From the NCBI GenBank assembly GCA_965223265.1, contig OZ244999.1, positions 6,592,001 to 6,656,000 of the forward strand: 64,000 bases of DNA, in the 5' to 3' direction. The stretch comes from Planctomycetota bacterium (GTDB lineage Bacteria; Planctomycetota; UBA8108; SXIK01). A program made the translations under genes and the position numbers. Under the pieces are notes generated by a model. The model was not told the DNA's origin and made no database searches. It saw only the letters and a program-made list of their open reading frames with translations. Below, in pieces: positions 20,078 through 29,438 of this stretch (position 1 is the first letter of the stretch; the number at the start of each line of letters is the position of its first letter).

Positions 20078-23000
20078 CTGAGCCTGCAGCTCCAGCACCA
20101 CGTCCCGGCCACCGCCGGACGTCACTGTCAGCGAAGCTTCTGCGACCCGCAGTTTTCGGTCCGCTCCGGAAGCGTAGACGTGGGCCTTCACCGAATAGTC
20201 ACCCGGAACCACGTTGTTGAACGAGAAGCGCCCTTGCTGGTCGGTCCGGAGACTCTGGTTCATGCTCGGATCGGAGCCAATCAAGAAGACCTGCACATTG
20301 GCCCTGCTGGTGCCATCAGGCTCCAGCACCGTGCCCGACACCTGACCGCCGCGCTCAAGGGAGATCTCGAGGTCCTGTGAATCACTCTCGAGGTCGGGGT
20401 TTGCCTTCACTTCAATGGTGACAAACTCGGGATGTCGAATCCGCAGCGTGAGTTCACCGCCCTTGAGGTCGGAGAACGAGAAACGACCGCGGCTGTCGGT
20501 CGTCTGCGTCGGTGTTTTCCGTCCGCCGCCGCCAGACGGGCTCGGGGACACATTGGCAAGGAAGCGGCCGACGCCTTCGACGATGCTGACCCGGGCATTG
20601 AAGACCGGCTCACCGCTTTCAGCGTCGATGATCACACCGTTCACCTGGCCGCCTGACTTGAGGACAATCTCGCCCAAATCAATGATGCCACCAGTCTCGA
20701 CGACGACGTCCGCAATCGTGGCGCCCGAGAAAGCGGGCGCCCGGACCTGCACGTCGTACGTGCCGGCCGGCACGCGCTCGTACGTGAAAATTCCGTCCTC
20801 GGTGTTGAACGTTTGGGCGCGCAGCTGGCTACGGGCACGCCGCGCCTTGCTCCGCGGTTGAGGATGCACCGAAAACGCCGGGACAATCTCGCCCATGGCG
20901 TCCTTGACGACGCCGCGGACCTTGCCGAGCGCCTGCAGCACGACGGATAGCGACTCCCCAACGTCGACCTGGTCGACGAGATAGGTCGCATACTCGTCGT
21001 GGCTCACCTCAAGCTCGACGGTGGAACTCGTCGCCAGTCGCTTGATCTCAAAATGACCGTCGCTCCCGGTTTTGCCACGACTCTCCGAAGCGCCCCGCGT
21101 GAAGTCCCGGGCGATGACAACCGCTCCGATCACTGCCGCGCCGTCCTCGTTCGTGACACGGCCGCTGAGAGTGGATCCGGCGGCGAGCTCGACGTCCACG
21201 TGGCTCTGAACTTCGCCCTCAAGCGCAGCGACACCAGACACAACGGCTTCCATGTAGTCGACGTGGGAGACGACAACGTCGACTGTGCCCGATTCCAAGC
21301 CTTGGAGACGGTACTCGCCGTCGGCGTTGGTCTGCGCGGTCGCGTTCATCGCTGTCGTGGCGGTCTCACCTGGACGTCGGAACGTCACCGAACACCCGGA
21401 GACGGGAATGCCATTGGCGGTAACGCGACCCGCGATCGTCGCGCCGAGTTGTAAGACAATCGGCGGCAGCTCAACCGCACCAGCGCTTTCGAGGAGAAAG
21501 AAATCCGAAATCCCTTCGAGGTATCCCGAGCGCTTGACCCGCACCCAAAGCTCGTCGTTGGCCTCGACGCTGTCGATGGTGTAGCGGCCGTCACGATCGG
21601 TGGATGCATTGGCAATGGTGTAGTCGACACTGCCATTCTGATGCGACTTTTTGACCATGACGCGCGCACCACCGACAGGGTCATTGTTACTGTTGACGAC
21701 CAACCCTGTGAGCACGCCCGTGGCTTCCATCTGGAAGTTGTGCTCGACCTGTTGATTGGCTGTGACGCGCACTTTGTCCTGCTGACGCGCAAATCCGTCG
21801 GCGGTAACCGTGACGTTAACGACGCGACGATCCACCTTGATACCCTGCAGAAGAAAGTTCCCCGCTTCGTCGCTGATCGCTTCCTTGCGTAGGTCCGCCA
21901 CGTCGTTGGCAACGATCCGCGCACCCGGAATCGCGTTGCCGCCGATATCGGTCACGATCCCGGCGATCCGACCGCCGATGCCCATCTTGAGCGTCACATC
22001 CTCGCTTCCAACCTGCAGGCCCTTGCGCCGAAGACTCTCGTAGTCCGGATGAAAGACCGTCAAGTTGTAGCTGCCGTCCTCGAGTGTATCGAGCAGGAAG
22101 CGGCCGTCTTGATCGGACTGCACGCTGTCGTCATTGAAGCGGATAGCGACGATGTCGGGACGCCCCCCGGCGCTACTCCCGATGCGTTGATAGCGGATCT
22201 TCGCGCCGGCGACCGGTTCACCCTCTGGCCCCTCCACGATGCCGCTGATGATGCCGCCAGGCCTGAGCTCAAAACGCAGATCCGCTGCCGACTCGATCTC
22301 TATCTTGGTCTGCGTCGAATTCTGAAAACCCGGTGCCGAGATCACGAAGTTGTAGACTCCACGCCCGAGTGTCTCGAACTGAAACGCTCCGCCGGCATCG
22401 CTGAACACCGTGTCCACTGGCGGGCGCGACTTTGCCAAAATGATTTCGAACATCGCACTGGTGCGCGGCTCTCTGAAGGCATCAACTCTTGCGCCTTCGA
22501 TCGGACCGCCACCGCTCTCAACGACGGTCCCAGCGACGAGATTGCCGGCCGCTAAAGCGACGTTGACCTGCTCACGCGGCGCCGGCACCTTCTGGACCTC
22601 GCCAGGAGAGTAACCAGGGGCGATCGCCCGGATGCTGAACCAGTGCGCTTCGAGACCGTCGAGCTGATAGCTGCCGTCGTCACGTGTCACGGTTTCGGAG
22701 AAGACGTAGTTCGTCATCTTGTCCAGCTCCGTCAGGGCGATCAGGCTTTCCTCCAGATCCGCGCCAGGCGCGGAGAGTTCCTTGAACGCGTAGACCCTGG
22801 CGCCACCGATTCCCGCGCCGGTCGCCTCGTCGATGACGCGACCCGCGATCGAGTTACCACGCTCGAGCTCGAAGACAAGTTCGACGGGAGTCCCCTTGAC
22901 GATGGTGACGCTACGGCGCTCCCCGGTGAAACCGGGACACTGGGCGTGGAACATGAACGCGCCGGGCGGCAACTGAAACTTGAAACTGCCGTCGCGTCCG

Positions 23001-23332
23001 CCGTCGCGCCCCGAATCCCACACGGCCGGACCGGACCGCTGGCCGTCGAACTCCTGGGTCACAACGAGCCGCGCCTGCGCCAAGGTCCGTCCGGTGCCCT
23101 TCTGAGCAACCTTCGCCGTCACATCGACGGCCTCTTGTGTGATCGGCTGCGTGAACGGTGTGCCGGCCACCGGCTCGGCGATATCGTCAACCGACTCAGG
23201 GCTCGTGTCCACGACGGCGGAATCCGGAGTCGCCTGCGGCGGCGGCGCATCGCGCAGGAAGATGAAGAAACCGCCAACGACGGCAAGAATGACGACGGCA
23301 CTGATCAGCGCCGCTTTGGTGACCAGGTTCAT
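20075..23332 (-). CDS. membrane-anchored protein with multiple carboxypeptidase-regulatory-like (Ig-like) repeats
   Basis: N-terminal TM; repeated units of the form IxGxVxDxxGxPxxGAxV...TDxxGxFxxxxL..G.Y. Confidence 0.88.
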   Translation of the reverse strand: MNLVTKAALISAVVILAVVGGFFIFLRDAPPPQATPDSAVVDTSPESVDDIAEPVAGTPFTQPITQEAVDVTAKVAQKGTGRTLAQARLVVTQEFDGQRSGPAVWDSGRDGGRDGSFKFQLPPGAFMFHAQCPGFTGERRSVTIVKGTPVELVFELERGNSIAGRVIDEATGAGIGGARVYAFKELSAPGADLEESLIALTELDKMTNYVFSETVTRDDGSYQLDGLEAHWFSIRAIAPGYSPGEVQKVPAPREQVNVALAAGNLVAGTVVESGGGPIEGARVDAFREPRTSAMFEIILAKSRPPVDTVFSDAGGAFQFETLGRGVYNFVISAPGFQNSTQTKIEIESAADLRFELRPGGIISGIVEGPEGEPVAGAKIRYQRIGSSAGGRPDIVAIRFNDDSVQSDQDGRFLLDTLEDGSYNLTVFHPDYESLRRKGLQVGSEDVTLKMGIGGRIAGIVTDIGGNAIPGARIVANDVADLRKEAISDEAGNFLLQGIKVDRRVVNVTVTADGFARQQDKVRVTANQQVEHNFQMEATGVLTGLVVNSNNDPVGGARVMVKKSHQNGSVDYTIANASTDRDGRYTIDSVEANDELWVRVKRSGYLEGISDFFLLESAGAVELPPIVLQLGATIAGRVTANGIPVSGCSVTFRRPGETATTAMNATAQTNADGEYRLQGLESGTVDVVVSHVDYMEAVVSGVAALEGEVQSHVDVELAAGSTLSGRVTNEDGAAVIGAVVIARDFTRGASESRGKTGSDGHFEIKRLATSSTVELEVSHDEYATYLVDQVDVGESLSVVLQALGKVRGVVKDAMGEIVPAFSVHPQPRSKARRARSQLRAQTFNTEDGIFTYERVPAGTYDVQVRAPAFSGATIADVVVETGGIIDLGEIVLKSGGQVNGVIIDAESGEPVFNARVSIVEGVGRFLANVSPSPSGGGGRKTPTQTTDSRGRFSFSDLKGGELTLRIRHPEFVTIEVKANPDLESDSQDLEISLERGGQVSGTVLEPDGTSRANVQVFLIGSDPSMNQSLRTDQQGRFSFNNVVPGDYSVKAHVYASGADRKLRVAEASLTVTSGGGRDVVLELQAQ

Positions 23333-23597
23333 GGGGCCCTCCGCAACTGTTCAAGGTTTCTCTATTTGGGTGCTGTTCGCTCTCGAAGTGACATCAAAAG
23401 AGCAAGATAGACGCATCGCACCGGTCCAGCCAAACAGCAAATGGCGTTCCGTTAAAGAAAAAACCGTAAGGCGTCTGATCACGGCACCTTAGCAAGAACG
23501 GTGCGCCAGCGGCGGGTGTATCAAACCCACACACTGTGTGCGATTCGCTGGCGAACGAGCAACGGGTCCCCCCGGACGGTTCGCGTACTCGCCCAGC

Positions 23598-26588
23598 TCA
23601 CCTCGCCTTGTTCGGGCTCTCTTGCGCTTCGGACTCTGCCTGGCGCAGAATCTCAGCGGCGCGATCGTGGCCCTGGTCTAGCTCGAGCACCTTGCGCGCG
23701 AACCCCGCCGCACCTCGACGATCACCGCTCGCCAAATAGGCCTCAGCGAGTGCCTCGTAGGAAGCCTGGGGATCGGCGTCGGGATACTTGAGAATCAGGA
23801 GGTGTTCGCGAATGGCCACGTCGTACCTATTGAGCTCCGCCGCCGCCGCGGCAAGCCGCTGATGCAGCTTCAGATCGTACGGCATGACGTAAATCGCCTC
23901 GTTCAGAGCACGAAACACCTTCGAGGCTGCCGCCTTCGTCTCGCCCTCGGCGGACAGGTAGTGCTGGGCGATGAGGAAACGGCACTTACCGTCCTCCGGC
24001 GCATGGCGAGAGAGCTCCTCCAGGTGCACGACCGCCGCCGCAGCGTCATCGTCCTTGTCGAGCTCGAAGAGACGGTAGTAGACGTTCGTGCCGCCGAACG
24101 TTGCGGCCGCGCGCGGCGCCGTTCGTTTCGCTTTCTCATAGTGATCGCGCGCACGTTCGGTGTCCTTCTCAGCGGCGGCGATCTCACCGAGCGCCAGGTG
24201 AGTACGGAACACGAACCTCGTGCCGCCCTCCAGGGCGCGCTCCAACTCCTGACGTGCGGTCTTCGGCTCCTCTGCCTTCAGATGTGCGTGCATACCGAGA
24301 ATGAAGTGAGCGTCTGCGTTGTCGGGATCCTTCTCGAGCACCTTGGCGGCTGTGAACTTCGAGTCCTCTTCAATCGGGCCGTTATTCATCAGATAAGCCC
24401 ACGCCAAGTCGACGAGTTTCTTGGGGTCAGCCTCAATCTCGATGTCGAGCTCCAACGGTGCGATCACGTCGTTGGCAAGCGCTGGTTGATATCCCGTCTC
24501 ACGCGCCCAGGCTTCGATGTAAGCGAAAAAGCGCCGATCGAACTCATCTAGCGAAAGGCTCAGTGCGTCCCGAAAGTTCTCCTCCAACGACTTGTGCTTC
24601 TTGTAACCGTCAAGAATCGCCAAGACGCGATCGAACCCCCACTCCTTCTCGATGAAACGCACGACAAGACAACCCTGAAAGTAGGACATCAGGATCTGAT
24701 TCGGATACTTCGGCTTCGAAAAGCCAAAGTCAAGTTCGCGAATCGGAAGCAAGCGTCCAGACCCGTAGGCGTCAACGACCTCGCGGTCGAAGTTGCGTTC
24801 CCATTCGGGTCGGTCGTGACCCTCTTCGTAGACGCTAAGCCCTTCGGTGAGCCAACGCGGCACGCGATTGTCTGTCATGTTGAGCGTGATCACGTGGGCA
24901 AACTCGTGCCAGGCGACGGCGCCCCAGTTCTGCATCGGTAGGGCGCGCGGGGTCGCCAGCGTGACCAGGTTGCCGAAGCATGCCCCGGCGGCGGCGAGCC
25001 CTTCGAGGCCAATCGTGCGGGCCGAGAACCACTTGTGCGCCGAAAACGCCTCGATATAAACCGGCAGTTTGATCTTCGTCTTATACCGCACGGTCATGCT
25101 GTCGAGAGCCTCTTCCAGCAGCGGCTGTAGGTAGGTCTTGAGCACGTCGTGCTCGGTCTTGGGGACGCGAAACACGAACTGTTCGCTCTCCCAGCTGCTG
25201 TGGTTCTTGTCCATATGCTCGGTCAACAGCCGCGTGTTGAACACCCACGGGTTGAATTTGTCCTGCGCCCACGACTTCTCAAGAAAACTGCGGCCACGCT
25301 CTTCCTCTCCCGTGCGCATACAATTGACGCCGACTGTCGCGTACGCAGGCCAATAGTTTGGGTCCACCTCGAGAGCAAGATCGCAGAACTTCACGGTTTC
25401 GGCGTAGCGGAACTTCGTCTCAATGGCGACAGCGATGGTATGGAAAAACTCAGCGCCGCGCGGATTCAGCTCGAGAGCCTCACTCGCCGCCGCCTCAACG
25501 GCATCCGTTCGCCCCAGTAGGTGATCACACGTGGCCACGAGGCCGCGTGCCCGCAGCGAGCTAGGGTTCAGCTCGACACTACGAACGAAGTCTTTTCTCG
25601 CGGCGTCGAGGCGACCGTCACTCAGCGCGAGGAGTCCCTTTACGAGATGCGCGCGTGCGTGACGTGGGTTCACTTCCAGCGCTCGTTCGACGTATCTCTG
25701 TGCCAGATCGTAGCGCTTGGTTCCGACCTGAAAGTCGACGAGGTAATTGTCGGCCAAGAGGGCTAGAGCGTCCGCACTGTTAGGATTGAGATCGAGAAGA
25801 TCACGGACGCAGTCGCGAGAGTCCGGATAGTTGTACTTATCAAGGAACGCCTGTGCCTGTGCCAGGAGAAGCTCAGGGTTACTATCGTCCTTCTCCTGAG
25901 CTTGCTCGAACATCACTGAATTCGCTTCCTTGTAGCGATTCAACCCGATCAGTGCGCGCCCCATGTCGACCAGCACCTCGGGAGCCATCCGTTCGACATC
26001 TTCGTACGAGGCTTGCTCGTAGATCTCGATGATCTTGTTCCACTCGGTCTCCGCTGCTGCCACGAGGCCTTGGGACGCGAGCGTGCTGCCGAGCCACACG
26101 ATCGACTCGACGTGGCGTGGGTCGATCTCAAGGGCGCGGCGAAACAAAGGCTGCGCCGCCTTCAATTGGCCACGGCGGACGTGCAGCCGGCCGCGGGCTG
26201 CAAGCAGCGTCGGCGAAGAGTCGAACGCTGCGGCCGATTCGAGAACCTTCTCTGCCGACTCGAACTGACCCTGTTCGATCAGTGCCGAAGCCCAAGCTCG
26301 GCGTCCGCGTTCAAGCAAACTGGCCAACGCATCACCGCCAGGCTTCGCTTCCGCGGCGTCCTCGAGCGCGGCGAATCGTTCGACCGCCTCCTCGTAGTCG
26401 CCTTCGAGCAGTGCTGTCGCACCTTCGTCGAAGAGGGCCTTGGGGTCGACATCCGCGGCGACGTTTTCGCCCGCGGCGCACACTGCGTCGCGGATGGTGA
26501 ATCCAAACACGGGCATCATGACAAACGCCATGACGACGACCGACTTGCCGAGCCCCATCGCTTCTCGAAAGCTTCGTTCCTTCATCAT
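23598..26588 (-). CDS. secreted TPR-repeat protein with a peptidase MA-like (gluzincin) domain
   Basis: signal-like N-terminus, TPR repeats, HEFAH...PRWLTEGLSVYEE; start uncertain. Confidence 0.85.
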   Translation of the reverse strand: MMKERSFREAMGLGKSVVVMAFVMMPVFGFTIRDAVCAAGENVAADVDPKALFDEGATALLEGDYEEAVERFAALEDAAEAKPGGDALASLLERGRRAWASALIEQGQFESAEKVLESAAAFDSSPTLLAARGRLHVRRGQLKAAQPLFRRALEIDPRHVESIVWLGSTLASQGLVAAAETEWNKIIEIYEQASYEDVERMAPEVLVDMGRALIGLNRYKEANSVMFEQAQEKDDSNPELLLAQAQAFLDKYNYPDSRDCVRDLLDLNPNSADALALLADNYLVDFQVGTKRYDLAQRYVERALEVNPRHARAHLVKGLLALSDGRLDAARKDFVRSVELNPSSLRARGLVATCDHLLGRTDAVEAAASEALELNPRGAEFFHTIAVAIETKFRYAETVKFCDLALEVDPNYWPAYATVGVNCMRTGEEERGRSFLEKSWAQDKFNPWVFNTRLLTEHMDKNHSSWESEQFVFRVPKTEHDVLKTYLQPLLEEALDSMTVRYKTKIKLPVYIEAFSAHKWFSARTIGLEGLAAAGACFGNLVTLATPRALPMQNWGAVAWHEFAHVITLNMTDNRVPRWLTEGLSVYEEGHDRPEWERNFDREVVDAYGSGRLLPIRELDFGFSKPKYPNQILMSYFQGCLVVRFIEKEWGFDRVLAILDGYKKHKSLEENFRDALSLSLDEFDRRFFAYIEAWARETGYQPALANDVIAPLELDIEIEADPKKLVDLAWAYLMNNGPIEEDSKFTAAKVLEKDPDNADAHFILGMHAHLKAEEPKTARQELERALEGGTRFVFRTHLALGEIAAAEKDTERARDHYEKAKRTAPRAAATFGGTNVYYRLFELDKDDDAAAAVVHLEELSRHAPEDGKCRFLIAQHYLSAEGETKAAASKVFRALNEAIYVMPYDLKLHQRLAAAAAELNRYDVAIREHLLILKYPDADPQASYEALAEAYLASGDRRGAAGFARKVLELDQGHDRAAEILRQAESEAQESPNKAR

Positions 26589-26835
26589 TTCCTTTGATCG
26601 TCTCGCACGCCACGTTGTGTTCTTGTCTTCTTTCAATTTAACCCGAGGTTGGAGAAATGGCGGCGAAAATACGACGGTTCGGGTTCTGGATCACGAAATC
26701 TCTCGGCGACGTGCGAGACCCGTGGACTGCATCACGGGGAAGCCCCCACGGCGCACCAACCCGCCCGCGCTTCGAGTCTCTCACCGTCACTGTACACGGT
26801 CACAGAATTCATTGAGCCTAACGCTTGACAGCCGT

Positions 26836-27810
26836 CTATCGGCGCCGGACAAGGTCTTCGTCGCACGCTGGAGATTGTCGGCGGACAGGCTCGATGTCAC
26901 GCAAGAATCGGCGCGCGTCCACGGCGTAACCCGCCGTCGGTTTGAGGCCGCTTTTCAATCGGCGCCAATACGCGTTGAAAAGATTCATGTGCAGCTCACG
27001 AAGATACTTCGCAAGCATCGAAGCCAAGGCTACTGGTAGTGAGGACTCCTCACTGCCCTTGCTGAAGTGAACTCGCATCTCTGTTTCATGCCGTCGCCGC
27101 CGAAGTCGGTACACCGAAGTCTCATCGGTTTGTTGGTCGATACTAATACTCTGAGGCTTGATCAGCGTGTAGAGATGCGGCGCGTAGCGCTTACGACCGC
27201 CCTGGCGGTCCACGAAAACGACCACGTCTTCACCAGCAAACTGCTTCCAGAGCCGAGTCAGAAACGCGCCGATGGCTTGAAAAGACACCTCGGCCTTGTT
27301 GCCGCGACTCTCGACGCCACGATTGAACTCGTAGACCTCGATCGGGTAGGACGACAGCCCAACGAACTCGACATTCGCCGCCGTCAGGGTAGCGGCCAGC
27401 TGCGACGCGCGTGAACGAAGGACGCCGCTGAAGGTGTCGACCGGCAAGTCCAGATCGGCGGCCGCATACCACGGGTAGCGTTCAAGGTAAGCGTCTGCTC
27501 GACCCTCGGACGATGGGACGACGGCGCCGAGCAAATCGCGAAACGTCTTCGGAATGGACGCCTCGCGAACGCCTAGAAACGGTAGCACCCCCTCCTCCAA
27601 GTTCTGCAGCCCTTGGCGCTGCTGAAAGAGCTTCTTTGAGTCGTCGATCGGCATCCGGCGTCGATCCGGCCGCCGGCAAACGGCCGCGTCCAGCGCCGCC
27701 CACAGGTCGATGCTGACATCTACGTCCGGAAGACGAAAAACGCTGACCGAAACCACCAGCGGCCCAAGCGTCGGGCCATACCCAGCCTCATCGATTCCCG
27801 CGACGATCAT
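26836..27810 (-). CDS. ribonuclease HII-like protein
   Basis: AGIDEAGYGP..GPLVV, DDSKKL, VALASMLAKYLRE. Confidence 0.8.
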   Translation of the reverse strand: MIVAGIDEAGYGPTLGPLVVSVSVFRLPDVDVSIDLWAALDAAVCRRPDRRRMPIDDSKKLFQQRQGLQNLEEGVLPFLGVREASIPKTFRDLLGAVVPSSEGRADAYLERYPWYAAADLDLPVDTFSGVLRSRASQLAATLTAANVEFVGLSSYPIEVYEFNRGVESRGNKAEVSFQAIGAFLTRLWKQFAGEDVVVFVDRQGGRKRYAPHLYTLIKPQSISIDQQTDETSVYRLRRRRHETEMRVHFSKGSEESSLPVALASMLAKYLRELHMNLFNAYWRRLKSGLKPTAGYAVDARRFLRDIEPVRRQSPACDEDLVRRR

Positions 27811-27927
27811 GGCGCCAGGCTAGGGTAGAAGAGCTCACGTTTGCAAGCCCCTTCGCGCCTGTTGCCGTGGATGCTGCCGCGCCTCGCGTTGGTCTCGAGA
27901 TCACCCCACTCCCACGTTCGACGCTAG

Positions 27928-28103
27928 CCCGCCCGAAAAAGTGCTTCGAGCTGAAAACTGGTCGCTTCGCGTCCAGATCGGCCGCGGCGAACGCAGGTAA
28001 TCTCCGAGCCCTCTTCTATAAGATATACACGGCGAGGCTCGCCGCGGCTGATCTGGGCGTGAAGAGGCCGGTATCTCAGCCGAATGACCTTTTCAACGGG
28101 CTG
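27928..28103. mobile_element. MITE-like hairpin element, copy 1 (left end degenerate)
   Basis: flanked by CTAG...CTAG; right end CTTTTCAACGGGCTG; aligns with the reverse complement of 35092-35251. Confidence 0.8.
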
Positions 28104-28338
28104 CTAGGCTAGCAGTAGAATCAGATCACATGAGCCGCGCGCAGCCAGATCAAAGGAATCGCGAGATTTCGCATCGCGAGGCCGATAGAATCGCCGCAGC
28201 AGCAATCAGCTCGGCGGCTCCACCGCTATGGGACACTTTCGCCCGAAAAAGAACGCTTAGCAAACATGAGTAAAGATATCGCCCTGCTTTGGCGAAAGTA
28301 CGTCAGACAGACACTCCATCAGCCGTGCGAGAAAAGTC

Positions 28339-28734
28339 ATGACGTACGTCCACGAAACCGAGAAACGCGAGTTCGTCCGCGTCCACACCGATATTCCCGT
28401 GCGATACAAGTTTCTCAGCCATTCGGTGACGATCGACGAGAATGTCTTCGAAGGGACGACGTGCAATATCAGCAGCCACGGTTTGTTGCTGTTCGGCAAA
28501 GTACCGGGAATGAGCTGGATCCCAGGCTTGCTGATGAGCGAAATCCTTCTCGGTCTCAATATTCTTCTACCGTCGCTCGACATGCCCGTGAAAGCGCTTG
28601 CGCGCGTCGCATGGGTGGAATCTTTCGAAAAGGGGAGCGACAAATGCTCGCTGGGCCTGAAGTATCAAGAGATCGGCAAGGAAGCCCAGGACGAGATTCT
28701 GAAGTACATCATCAAGGCGCAAATCAAGCGCTGA
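28339..28734 (+). CDS. PilZ-domain c-di-GMP-binding protein
   Basis: EKREFVR (RxxxR) and NISSHG (D/NxSxxG) motifs. Confidence 0.88.
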   Translation: MTYVHETEKREFVRVHTDIPVRYKFLSHSVTIDENVFEGTTCNISSHGLLLFGKVPGMSWIPGLLMSEILLGLNILLPSLDMPVKALARVAWVESFEKGSDKCSLGLKYQEIGKEAQDEILKYIIKAQIKR

Positions 28735-29327
28735 GCGGCTGGAACGCGCACGTCCTACGCGGCTTCACCCTCCTGATTGTGCTTCTCGTAGCCGCTTGCC
28801 AGGCGAGTAATCGTAGCGGTGACACGGGATCGCGGCGCAGTGGGTCGTCACGGGAAGGCCTGATCGTCTTTCGTGAGGTTCCTTACCAACTGGGTTCAGG
28901 AAGTAACCCACTGCGAAAGCGGTTCTCACCGCAGACGTTCGTCTTCATGACCGACCCGGATGCATCCGACACCTCGGACGTCCAATCTGATCCGAACGTC
29001 CAAGTGACGACGGGTACCGGTTCTAGCGGCGGCCAGGGATTCCGCGCGACGGCAACCCCCATGGTCCGAGTCGTTTCGCCGCAGTCGTTCGCTGACCTGT
29101 GGGACAACCTTGAGGCGACCGGTCTTTTCAAGCTGCCGCGGTACTCAGGTTCCACGCCTCCGAAGGACGCGAGCTATTTCGAGCTCGAGTCCGAGGGGCA
29201 GCGATGGATCTTTCGCCGGCCGAGTGTCCCCTCGGGCGCGAGACTCGACCCCGATTCACCGGAAACTCAAGCTGCACTTCGGTGGCAGCTGGCGACGAGT
29301 ACGATCGTACAATTCATCGCCCGGTAA
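28731..29327 (+). CDS. putative lipoprotein (start uncertain, possibly CTG)
   Basis: hydrophobic FTLLIVLLVAAC lipobox-like segment; the frame continues to 29327. Confidence 0.55.
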   Translation: MSGWNAHVLRGFTLLIVLLVAACQASNRSGDTGSRRSGSSREGLIVFREVPYQLGSGSNPLRKRFSPQTFVFMTDPDASDTSDVQSDPNVQVTTGTGSSGGQGFRATATPMVRVVSPQSFADLWDNLEATGLFKLPRYSGSTPPKDASYFELESEGQRWIFRRPSVPSGARLDPDSPETQAALRWQLATSTIVQFIAR

Positions 29328-29438
29328 TCATCTACGAAGAACGGCGAAGTACGCTCCACGTGCCGCCATTCTCGAGACGTCGCTACTGACGCACACTTCG
29401 CCGTGCTGGTTCGCCATCTTCCTGCAGGCGTTGAGGTC

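Noticed and set aside
19688-20380. 230-aa + strand ORF and small minus-strand ORFs over the RNA candidate
   Set aside because: Arg/Gly/Pro-rich shadow composition, no RBS, and the long ORF overlaps a real gene on the opposite strand.
28162-28188. Possible sigma-28 promoter (GCCGATAG) upstream of the PilZ gene
   Set aside because: The -10 element matches but there is no TAAA-like -35 at the right spacing.
28266-28730. N-terminal half of the 353-aa ORF
   Set aside because: It overlaps the PilZ gene in another frame; only the lipoprotein-like distal part looks real.
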